Source of the DNA: Abditibacteriaceae bacterium
Lineage (GTDB): Bacteria > Armatimonadota > Abditibacteriia > Abditibacteriales > Abditibacteriaceae
Reading direction: 5' to 3'
NCBI GenBank assembly: GCA_965277285.1
Contig: OZ255721.1
Location: forward strand, 2,144,001 to 2,208,000
DNA length: 64,000 nt
Shown here one piece after another: positions 56,301-64,000 of the stretch. The notes under the pieces are model-generated. The model was given only the letters and a program-made list of their open reading frames with translations, was not told the DNA's origin and made no database searches. The stretch's first letter is position 1, and every line of letters starts with the position of its first letter. The translations under genes were made by a program, and so were the position numbers.

Positions 56301-57297
56301 CACGACGATGAAGAAGATGACCGACAAAAACGGGCGAACCTGGTCGGCTTTCACGCTGGAAGATTTGACGGGTTCGCTGGAAGTGCTGGCATTCGCCAAG
56401 ACGTTTGAAAGCTGCGGTGAATGCGTCGCGGAAGACGCGAAACTTGTCGTGAAAGGTCGTCTGGCGGCGGACAATCGGCGCGGCGGTCGCAACAACAGCG
56501 ACGATGACGAAAACGCCGACAACGAAAACACGGTTTTCAAAATCATGGCGGACAGCATCGAAGTGATTTCGCAGGACGAAGCCGACCGCGACGCGCCAAA
56601 AACCGCCGTTCAAAAGAACGCGCCGACCGACAATTCGAGTACTCGAAACGGAACAAATGGCGCGGCGAACAATCGTTCAGCGAACGGCGTTTCACATCAT
56701 AATGGAACAAACGGCGCGAGTTCTAACGGTCAAAGTCCCAACGGGCACGCCAACAATGGTCATGCTATTGGCAACGGCGCTAATGGCAACGGAACGAACG
56801 GCAACGGTGCCAATGGAAACGGTGCATCAAAAATGAGTGGTATTACCTTAAATCGCGCAACGAACGGCACGCCTTCCAACGGCTCGAATGGCAATGCGTC
56901 GAATGGCAATGGATCAAGAGGTCACGCTGCCAACGGTCAAAATGGACAGAACGGCAATGGCGGCAATGCCGGTGCCGCTGAATACTCGAGTCTGGCCGAG
57001 TATGCGAATCAGATGGCGCCGCGCGCGATCGGGCGCACTTTTGCGCCGCCGGATTCGGCGTCAAGTTGCGTGCATTTGCACATCGCCGAAGACAAAGCGA
57101 CAGCGGACATTCTGGGCAAAGTGTGGAACATTTGTCGCACGCACAAAGGCGGCACTGAAGTGTGGTTGCACTTGGACAACGGACAGGAGATGTTGCAATT
57201 GCGCGTCTCGCACGCCTTCTGGGTCGAGCCGACGCCCGCCTTTTGTCAGGAAGTCTTGCAGGTCTTGGGCGAAGGTTGTGTACTCGCACCGTGCTGA
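53326..57297 (+). CDS. dnaE: DNA polymerase III alpha subunit
   Basis: PHP 'HLHVHSEYSLLDG', 'TDHG', 'RGSAAG', 'PDIDID', 'KMDFLGL', 'YAFNKSH', OB fold. Confidence 0.98.
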   Translation: MSKCPCGFCHLHVHSEYSLLDGANRVKDLAKRAAEMDMPALALTDHGVMYGAIDFYTACKDQGIKPIIGVEAYVAPRKHTDKDPQLDKQKNTHHLTLWAKNLQGYKNLVKLTTRANLDGFYYKPRVDHELIARHSEGIICGSACLGGEIPQLIANQKFDEAVARAEKYRDIFGKENFFLEMMDHDLIGQGEVNEKLVSIHHKTGIPLIVSNDAHYLKAEHEQMHKILVAIGTNSTVQSASLHYGPNFYLKSQQEMWERFKHVPEALENTLRIADMVDLELDLKTTHFPVFDVPLGHDLTSFFRLLCEQRFDARYPVGHPRRDEASTRMKYEQQIIIDKGYPGYFLVVQDLINWSKDRGILVGCRGSAAGCLVSYVLGITNLDPLPYGLLFERFLNPDRVSTPDIDIDFPDKRRDEVMQYVTNKYGKDKVAQIITFGTLAARAAIRDTARATGLDLKIADNVAKLIPAIPGHPITIMQAVDQVQDLKNLYNSDSTVRNLCDQATEIEGMTRHASRHACGVVIGKEALDELVPLEEKDGDIITQYHAKAVEKIGLVKMDFLGLQNNTVINDTLELIEARTGTKIDLETIDMNDRKVFDMLGRGDGIAVFQMEGTGMRGLLRELRPDTLEHIIAQISLYRPGPMEEIPKYISGRFGGAVTYPHPLLEPVLKDTYGMLLYQEQVMQAAQVLAGFTGGQAETLMKAMSKKKADDMAKMKPLFQEGCAKNQISRNDADDIFGRMEAFAKYAFNKSHAAYYAVVSYWTAWLKVNYPSEFMSCKMTSLLEKKDKLLVVIDDCRKHGIEVLPPDVNESNHEFTVVEGGIRFGLQAIKGIGEAPVNAICEARKEGGKFSSLFDFCARVSSRACGKSAMETLVKCGAFDGLHANRQAMIEALDGAIAAGLQAQQDAASGQFNMFGDAQETGRQKATGQLPNVPDADREVRLAWEKEFLGLYISDHPLLPYREYLESKAMTQIERIGEDPNLRDGSRVTVAGLVTTMKKMTDKNGRTWSAFTLEDLTGSLEVLAFAKTFESCGECVAEDAKLVVKGRLAADNRRGGRNNSDDDENADNENTVFKIMADSIEVISQDEADRDAPKTAVQKNAPTDNSSTRNGTNGAANNRSANGVSHHNGTNGASSNGQSPNGHANNGHAIGNGANGNGTNGNGANGNGASKMSGITLNRATNGTPSNGSNGNASNGNGSRGHAANGQNGQNGNGGNAGAAEYSSLAEYANQMAPRAIGRTFAPPDSASSCVHLHIAEDKATADILGKVWNICRTHKGGTEVWLHLDNGQEMLQLRVSHAFWVEPTPAFCQEVLQVLGEGCVLAPC

Positions 57298-57407
57298 AAA
57301 CAAATGATGAATATCGAGTACTCGATGGGCGTAACGGAGAGGCGCATTGCGATGCGCCTCTACAATTTCATCATTTTGTATTCATCATTTCCTTGTGAGG
57401 AGATTTT

Positions 57408-58418
57408 ATGTCGAAAGTTAGAATGGCGATTTTGGGTTGCGGCGGCATGGCATCGGAACACGTTCGGCGTTTTCGCAGGCGCGATGATGTCGAAATTATC
57501 GCGTTGTGCGATGTCGATGCGGATCGCATCGCCGAATGGCGCGAAAAGCATTTGAAAGATGTCGAACCTGTCGCGCAGATTTTCACCGATGCCGCAGAAA
57601 TGTACGCGCAAGCCAAGCCGGATGCTGTGACGATTGTGACGCCGCACACCATGCACTTTGAGCATGGCAAGCAGGCTTTGGACGCGGGACTTCACGTCCT
57701 GATGGAAAAGCCGATGGTAACCAATTCAGAGGACGCGCACAAATTGGCTGAAATTGCGGCCAGCAGCGGCAAGATTTTCGCGGTCGGCTTCAACACCAGT
57801 TGCATGCCCGAATTCGAGTGGCTACGTCAAACCATTCAGGCGGGCGAAGAAGGCACCGGAGAACTGGGAAAACTGCAACTTGTGACGGGCTGGCTTTCGC
57901 AAAATTGGAAAAAGGGCACAACCGGAAGCTGGCGCCAGAATCCCAGTCTTTCGGGCGGCGGCGAAATGTATGACAGCGGCGCTCATTTGTTCAATTCGCT
58001 GGTGTTTTCAGTCAACCAACCCGTCGCGGAAGTTCATGCTTTTGTCGATAACTGCGGCACACCGGTTGACATCAATGGCACGGTCAATATCCGTTTCAAA
58101 AACGGCGTTTTCGCTTCTGTCACCGTCGCAGGCAATTGCACCGATGGCGGCACCGACATGGTTTTGTTTTTCGAGCGCGGTCGCGTGCAACTCGATCCGT
58201 GCGGCTGGAGCAACAATCCCATCAAAATTTGGAAGGACGGAAAAGCGGTTCGCTATCCGCACATCGACGGCGATCCGATCACGCCGACCGAGAACTTCCT
58301 GGATTCCATCGAAGGCAAAGACCATGTGCGCGCGACGACCAAAAACGGCATTCTGCACAGCCAATTGATGGACGCCATTTACGAATCGGCGCGCCTGGGA
58401 CAAGCTGTCAAATTGTAA
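57408..58418 (+). CDS. Gfo/Idh/MocA family oxidoreductase
   Basis: 'ILGCGGM', 'VTPH..H', 'EKPM', 'GGG...D.G.H'. Confidence 0.92.
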   Translation: MSKVRMAILGCGGMASEHVRRFRRRDDVEIIALCDVDADRIAEWREKHLKDVEPVAQIFTDAAEMYAQAKPDAVTIVTPHTMHFEHGKQALDAGLHVLMEKPMVTNSEDAHKLAEIAASSGKIFAVGFNTSCMPEFEWLRQTIQAGEEGTGELGKLQLVTGWLSQNWKKGTTGSWRQNPSLSGGGEMYDSGAHLFNSLVFSVNQPVAEVHAFVDNCGTPVDINGTVNIRFKNGVFASVTVAGNCTDGGTDMVLFFERGRVQLDPCGWSNNPIKIWKDGKAVRYPHIDGDPITPTENFLDSIEGKDHVRATTKNGILHSQLMDAIYESARLGQAVKL

Positions 58419-58444
58419 ATCTGCTGGTTTGAACACAACAAAAG

Positions 58445-58488
58445 ACAACAAAGCCGCGTATCGAGTACTCGATGCGCGGCTTTGTTGT
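58445..58488. terminator. 44-bp near-perfect palindrome centred on CGAGTACTCG between convergent genes
   Basis: ACAACAAAGCCGCGTATCGAGT|ACTCGATGCGCGGCTTTGTTGT, one G-T mismatch. Confidence 0.7.
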
Positions 58489-58499
58489 TCTCAACATCT

Positions 58500-58858
58500 T
58501 TATTTGTCTTCAGGATTTGATTTTGTCGCCGCAACCAGCGGAAAAACGCACAAACTTTCTTGAGAAAACCGCTTTCGCTCGTCCGGTTTTTCCAGCCATT
58601 GGGCGATCATTGTCGCGCGGAATTGCTCCTCAATGAGCACCTTCGCGTCGTCCAAACGCTTGTGCAACGGACGAAGACCGCCGCCCAAGCCGCGAGTTCA
58701 CTCGCAGGCATCCATAAACCCGCACCAATGGATAAATAACCCGCTGGCACGCGCGTTTCCACCGCGATTTGTCCCACCATGTGCGATGTATTATCGCCCT
58801 CATCCACCGCCAGAGATACCATCGCGCGCAATGCATACTCCGCAGTCCGCGAGAACAT
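58500..58858 (-). pseudogene. Rrf2-family regulator, frameshifted and internally deleted
   Basis: 'MFSRTAEYALRAM...VPAGYLS' in one frame; 'RGLGGG' fused directly to 'LRPLHKRLDDA' in another. Confidence 0.75.
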
Positions 58859-59123
58859 TGCCATTGATCTTCGCCTCGAAACTTTCTGGTTCAAATTTCA
58901 CCTTGACATCCATTTTAGCACGGCCTTATAATGCTGCTTAACCAGACACCTTTGTCCGATTATAGCCGCAAGAGATCACGCCGATTTTCAAATCCGCCGT
59001 TTGGCGTGTCCGTTTTCATTTTCTGAGCGGACTTTTCAAGCGGACTTTCTTAATCGAGTACTCGAACGTCGGTTAATTCTCAATTTTAATTTCTCGACAT
59101 CAACCTTTCCTGGACACCTTGAA

Positions 59124-61934
59124 ATGACAAATCTCATGGCCGCTGCGACTTCTTCTCTGCCCGACGATCTCGCGCAAAGTGTGTTGGCGCGGCCTCAATC
59201 GCTGGAGGCGTTTTTCAAGCCGCGCAGCGTCGCCGTAATTGGCGCGAGCGAAACGCCAAACAGCGTCGGTCGCACGATTTTGACGAACCTTTTGGCGAAC
59301 CCGTTTGGCGGAGCGATTTATCCGGTTAATCCCAAGCGACCTGACGTTTTGGGCCTGCGTGCTTATGCTTCGGTGGGCGACATCCCCAACAAAATCGACC
59401 TCGCCGTTGTCGTGACGCCCGCGCCAACCGTGCCGCGCATCATTGCGCAATGTGCCGAAAAAGGCGTGCGCGCCGCGATTGTAATCTCCGCCGGGTTCAA
59501 GGAAACCGGCCCGGAAGGTGCCGAACTGGAACGCCAACTTTTGGAGCAGGCGCGGCAAAGCGGCATGCGCATCATTGGGCCGAACTGTCTGGGCGTGATG
59601 AGTCCTTTGACCGGCTTGAACGCGACGTTTGCGGGCGCGATGGCCAAAGGCGGCAACGTCGCGTTTTTGTCGCAAAGCGGCGCCTTGCTGACCGCGATTC
59701 TTGATCGCAGTTTGCAAGAAGGCGTCGGTTTCAGCGCGTTTCTCAGCTTGGGTTCGATGCTCGATGTCGGATGGGGCGACCTCATCGATTATCTGGGCGA
59801 CGACCCGCACACGCATTCGATTGTGATGTATATGGAAAGCGTCGGCGACGCGCGCGGCTTTTTGTCGGCGGCGCGCGAAGTGGCGCTTTCCAAGCCGATT
59901 ATCGTCATCAAGGCCGGGCGCACGGCGCAGGCGGCGCAGGCGGCGGCTTCGCACACGGGAAGCCTGGCGGGCAGCGATGACGTACTCGATGCGGCGTTCG
60001 AGCGTTGCGGCGTGCTGCGCGTCGATACCATTGAAGAAGTGTTTTCAATGGCGAACGTTCTGGGCCGCCAGCCGCGTCCCAAAGGCCCGCGCTTGTCGAT
60101 TTTGACGAATGCTGGCGGCCCCGGCGTTCTGGCGACGGATGCTTTAATCGCCGCGGGTTGCGAACTGGCGCCGGTTTCGCCGCCCATCATGGACGAGTTG
60201 AACGCTTTGCTGCCCACGCCGTGGAGTCATGGCAACCCGATTGACATTTTGGGCGATGCGAGTGCCGAACGTTATGCGCGCACCGTCGAAATCGTGGCGC
60301 GCGACCAGGCAAGCGACGGTTTGCTGGTGATTTTGACGCCGCAAGCGATGACCGATCCGACGCAAACCGCGCGCGATTTACAACCTTACGCCAAATTAGG
60401 CGGTAAGCCGTTGCTCGCGTCGTGGATGGGTGGCAATGTCGTCGCAAAAGGCGACGAATTATTAAATGCGGCGAATATTCCGACTTTTGCCTATCCTGAC
60501 GCCGCCGCCAAAGCCTTTGCCGCGATGTGGCGCTACAGCGCGAACTTGAAGGCGTTGTATGAAACGCCGTCGCTATTGGACGACACGTTCTCCTCGCAAT
60601 CGAGTACTCGATTGGTGTCGCGTAACGTCGCCGAAGCCATTCTCAACGCGGTTTTGCAAAGCCATCGCACATTGTTGACCGAAGCCGAATCGAAGCAATT
60701 GCTGGCGGCTTACGGCATTCCAACCGTCGAAACGCGCGTTGCGCCGGATGTCGAAAGCGCTGTTCAAGCCGCGCAAGAGATCGGCTTCCCGATTGTTCTA
60801 AAACTGTTTTCAGCAACCATCACCCACAAAACTGATGTCGGCGGCGTCAAGCTGAACCTAAAAAACGAAGATGCTGTGCGCGCCGCTTTCCACGATATTC
60901 AAAACGCGGCGCGCGAAAAAGCCGCCGCGAGCGATTTCGGCGGCGTGACCGTGCAGCCGATGGTCAAACTCGACGGTTACGAACTGATCCTCGGTTCGAG
61001 TTTGGACGCGCAGTTCGGGCCGGTTTTGTTGTTCGGTTCGGGTGGACAGTTGGTGGAAGTTTTCCGTGACAACGCGCTGGCTTTGCCGCCATTGAACACG
61101 ACTTTGGCGCGTCGCATGATGGCGAAAACCAAGATTTACCACGCGCTGCAAGGCGTGCGCGGACGCGCGCCGATTGATCTGGCGGCGCTGGAGCAGTTGA
61201 TGGTGCGCTTTTCTCAATTAGTGGTCGAGCAGCCGCGCATCAAAGAAATCGACATCAATCCTTTGCTGGCTTCGCCCGAAGGCTTGATCGCGTTAGATGC
61301 GCGCGTCGTGCTACATGCGCCCGAAATCGCCGACGAAGATTTGCCGACGTCCGCGATTCGACCTTATCCCTCGCAATATGTCGGCGACTTTCATTTGAGC
61401 GACGGCACGCCGGTCACAATTCGCCCGATCCGCCCCGAAGATGAACCGTCGCTGCGACTTTTCCACGAAACGCTTTCCGAGCACAGCGTGTTGCAGCGCT
61501 ATTTGCAGCCGCTGAATTTGCAGCAGCGCATCGGACACGAACGCATGACGCGCATCTGCTTCAACGATTACGACCGCGAAATCGCCCTTGTTGCCGAAAT
61601 GCCGGATGGTACATCGCTCGATGCTACATCGCTCGATATGAAAGCGCGCGGCGCGAAGATTGTCGGTGTCGCGCGCTTGACCAAACATCGCGGTTTGGAC
61701 GCGGATGGCGCAGCAACTTTCGCGCTGTTAGTTAGCGATGACCAGCAACGTCGCGGCTTGGGAAATGAACTATTGCGGCGCCTGATCGAAGTGGCGCGCG
61801 CCGAAGGAATCCAAAGGTTGCAGGCGGAAACGCTGCTGGGCAATCTGGGAATGCAGGCGACGTGTCACAAACTGGGCTTCGACACGGAAATGTCGCCCAA
61901 TGGCAAGCGCGTGACGCTGACAAAGGAATTGTGA
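59124..61934 (+). CDS. Bifunctional acyl-CoA synthetase-like / GNAT protein (Pat/YfiQ-type acetyltransferase)
   Basis: 'SVAVIGAS', 'IGPNCLG', 'SQSGA', 'SHTGSL', 'NAGGPG', ATP-grasp 'HKTDVGGV', C-terminal GNAT. Confidence 0.92.
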   Translation: MTNLMAAATSSLPDDLAQSVLARPQSLEAFFKPRSVAVIGASETPNSVGRTILTNLLANPFGGAIYPVNPKRPDVLGLRAYASVGDIPNKIDLAVVVTPAPTVPRIIAQCAEKGVRAAIVISAGFKETGPEGAELERQLLEQARQSGMRIIGPNCLGVMSPLTGLNATFAGAMAKGGNVAFLSQSGALLTAILDRSLQEGVGFSAFLSLGSMLDVGWGDLIDYLGDDPHTHSIVMYMESVGDARGFLSAAREVALSKPIIVIKAGRTAQAAQAAASHTGSLAGSDDVLDAAFERCGVLRVDTIEEVFSMANVLGRQPRPKGPRLSILTNAGGPGVLATDALIAAGCELAPVSPPIMDELNALLPTPWSHGNPIDILGDASAERYARTVEIVARDQASDGLLVILTPQAMTDPTQTARDLQPYAKLGGKPLLASWMGGNVVAKGDELLNAANIPTFAYPDAAAKAFAAMWRYSANLKALYETPSLLDDTFSSQSSTRLVSRNVAEAILNAVLQSHRTLLTEAESKQLLAAYGIPTVETRVAPDVESAVQAAQEIGFPIVLKLFSATITHKTDVGGVKLNLKNEDAVRAAFHDIQNAAREKAAASDFGGVTVQPMVKLDGYELILGSSLDAQFGPVLLFGSGGQLVEVFRDNALALPPLNTTLARRMMAKTKIYHALQGVRGRAPIDLAALEQLMVRFSQLVVEQPRIKEIDINPLLASPEGLIALDARVVLHAPEIADEDLPTSAIRPYPSQYVGDFHLSDGTPVTIRPIRPEDEPSLRLFHETLSEHSVLQRYLQPLNLQQRIGHERMTRICFNDYDREIALVAEMPDGTSLDATSLDMKARGAKIVGVARLTKHRGLDADGAATFALLVSDDQQRRGLGNELLRRLIEVARAEGIQRLQAETLLGNLGMQATCHKLGFDTEMSPNGKRVTLTKEL

Positions 61935-62517
61935 CGTGACAAAGCGCGGCCTTTCCTCGCTGCCAGGCTTTGAAGAACGCAAAAATACGGAAAGGGAAAC
62001 CTCAAGCGCGGCGGATTAAACCTCGAATTGACGCTCCAAAAGCGTCGAGCTTTGCGCTCAAAACTAAGGCGCCCTGAACAAGCCACAAAGCGAATTCACG
62101 CGCACAATCGAGTACTCGAGAGAAGTAATAAACGGCGTTCTCGCGCTGCAATTTCAAACAAAAGGTTTGCGACACGGCTTTGATGAAGTTGTAAGATTTG
62201 ACGAAACAGATTCGAGGGAAAAGTGGATAAACACAACAGCCTTGTCATAACGAAAATAGCGGTTTTTACTTTGTTCGTAGCTGTCACGTTTTCCGTCGCA
62301 GAGTTTGTGCGCGACACGTGGCATCGCAACCGTTGGTTAGCTCTTCTTATCGCTCTTCCGCTCACGGTCGGCATCATGTGACTGCTCGATTTGTTGGCTG
62401 CATTGATTCAATTTTTCATGCGAGACAAGGCATAGAAATCTAAAAAGTAGCCGCCTTCGGTGCTCTGTTTCATATAATCTTGCTCAGTCATGCAGACAAA
62501 ATATTTGCGATGGAGCT

Positions 62518-63162
62518 TCAGGATTGTGTTTCGTGGTTGAAATCGAGCGGCTTCTGCTCGATATTTTCCCCATTCATTCCGTTGTAATCAGCGCTTTTCA
62601 TCTGTCCGCGATTGAACAGATTTTGCGAACTTTGAGCTTCATTCGCGCCGCCGTTCAGTTCGGCGAGTTCCTGCAAAGATGGCAAATCGTCGATGGAGCG
62701 TAGGCCGAAATTATCGAGGAATTGCGGCGTTGTCGCATAAAGTCGCGGTCGTCCGGGCGCATCTTTGCGACCCGCGAAGGCGAGCAGTTTCTTGTCCAGT
62801 AAGAATTGCAACGAAGCCGCGCAATCGACGCCGCGCAAACCCTCGATTTCGCTGCGCGTAACGGGCTGCCGATAAGCCACAATCGCCAGAACTTCAAAAG
62901 CGGCGCGCGAAAGGCGTTGCTTTTTCTCATCGCGCAGCTTGCTGATGAACGGCGCATATTCCGGTTTGGTGACGATCTGCCAGCCGCCCGCGACTTCGAT
63001 GATAAGCAACGCGCCGATACGTTCTTTTTCTTCGCGCAAGGCATCCAACTCCGCCAACGCCGCGCGCATATCGACGCCCGCAATTTCCGCCAGCTTCTTC
63101 AACGCGACAGGCCGGTCGGATGCGAATAACAACGCTTCAATGATGTCGGTTTTGGAAAGCAT
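62518..63162 (-). CDS. scpB: SMC-Scp complex subunit ScpB
   Basis: 'IEALLFAS', 'VAGGWQ', 'LSRAAFEVLAIVAYRQPVTR', 'PGRP.LY.TT..FL..FGL'. Confidence 0.96.
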   Translation of the reverse strand: MLSKTDIIEALLFASDRPVALKKLAEIAGVDMRAALAELDALREEKERIGALLIIEVAGGWQIVTKPEYAPFISKLRDEKKQRLSRAAFEVLAIVAYRQPVTRSEIEGLRGVDCAASLQFLLDKKLLAFAGRKDAPGRPRLYATTPQFLDNFGLRSIDDLPSLQELAELNGGANEAQSSQNLFNRGQMKSADYNGMNGENIEQKPLDFNHETQS

Positions 63163-63256
63163 ACAAGGATTGACGATTATGGATTGATCAGTGTCGAGTA
63201 TTCAAAAGTAGTACTTTGTCGTTCAGATTCGGAGTTGTAATCGAAGTTGTCAGTTC

Positions 63257-63318
63257 GTCATTCTGAGCGCAGCGAAGAATCTGATTGACGTTAGATTCTT
63301 CGCTGCGCTCAGAATGAC
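63257..63318. repeat. REP-like palindrome, copy 2, between scpA and scpB
   Basis: Perfect 26-bp arms GTCATTCTGAGCGCAGCGAAGAATCT / AGATTCTTCGCTGCGCTCAGAATGAC. Confidence 0.88.
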
Positions 63319-63355
63319 AAAGCATTACGTCCGAGTACTCGATATTCATCATTCA

Positions 63356-64000
63356 TCATTTCTTTTTCACCCAAATCTCATCGAACAAACTCAATTGTTC
63401 AATGGAAACGTGGTTGCGGCGAATCAATTCAAGAACGGCCAAAAACGTGATGACGATTTCCAGGCGCGATTCGCAATCGTCGCAGATTTCGTCGAACGAC
63501 AAACCACTTCGAGTACTCGAAACGCGTTTCAAAACGCCGCGCACGCGCTCTTGCAAAGTAAACGGTTCGCGGCGAATTGTCGCAACTGGCGCTTCGGCCT
63601 GACGATCCAGAACTTTTTGCAAAACGCGCAAAAGGTCAAACGTTGAAATGTCGCCTAAAAGCGCGCCGGTTTCTTCGCGCTCGCGCTCTTCCACATCGAA
63701 ATCGTCCAAAGGATTGGCGATTTCTTCCAGCATTTGTGCCACATCCGACGGCAAAGACGGGCGCGCATACAGTGCAGAACGCTCGTCGCGCAAGCTGCGT
63801 AAAGTTTCCGCCGCATCCTGAAAACGCTGATATTCCAACAAGCGATTGACCAGTTCCTGACGCGGATCGATAGACGGATCGTCGTCCATTTCATCTTCGT
63901 TGGCGCTTTGATGTTTGGGCAGCAACATCCGCGATTTGATCGCCATCAAGGTCGCCGCCGTGACAAGAAAATCGCCCGCATATTCCAAATCGAGTTCGTC
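63356..64000 (-). CDS. scpA: Segregation/condensation protein ScpA (5' truncated by window)
   Basis: 'AGDFLVTAATLMAIKSRMLLP', 'LLEYQRF', 'TFLAVLEL', 'Q...FDEI'. Confidence 0.95.
   Translation of the reverse strand, partial: DELDLEYAGDFLVTAATLMAIKSRMLLPKHQSANEDEMDDDPSIDPRQELVNRLLEYQRFQDAAETLRSLRDERSALYARPSLPSDVAQMLEEIANPLDDFDVEEREREETGALLGDISTFDLLRVLQKVLDRQAEAPVATIRREPFTLQERVRGVLKRVSSTRSGLSFDEICDDCESRLEIVITFLAVLELIRRNHVSIEQLSLFDEIWVKKK

Noticed and set aside
56620..56980. Intein in DnaE
   Set aside because: No intein splice motifs (N-terminal Cys/Ser block, C-terminal His-Asn) or homing endonuclease; it is low-complexity sequence
62096..62380. Small genes in the 61935-62517 gap
   Set aside because: Short ORFs on both strands lack recognisable motifs; a small membrane peptide is possible but unsupported

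Overview
Bacterial chromosomal window; gene content and style suggest Armatimonadota/Abditibacteriota, which is inference only. A ~29 kb integrative element (2477-31455) splits comM/yifB at a CT core dinucleotide. Removing it restores a 509-aa ComM and forms a symmetric attP that lies inside the 3' end of the element's large serine recombinase gene. The element carries an integrase-less integron cassette array (~13 small genes, ~12 intact or degenerate attC sites, one attI-like site), three IS elements, a primase-helicase module with a hairpin origin candidate, and defence cargo (type II R-M, OLD-family nuclease) between two 130-bp direct repeats. Host DNA encodes coaE (partial), yraN, hflX, tRNA-Lys(CTT), a glycosyltransferase cluster, an LCP protein, GH127, dnaE, a Pat-type acetyltransferase and scpAB. 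The palindrome CGAGTACTCG occurs at least 34 times by hand count against ~0.06 expected, in genes and in intergenic hairpins, resembling cyanobacterial HIP1 but with a different sequence. All calls come from motif recognition; no searches were run.
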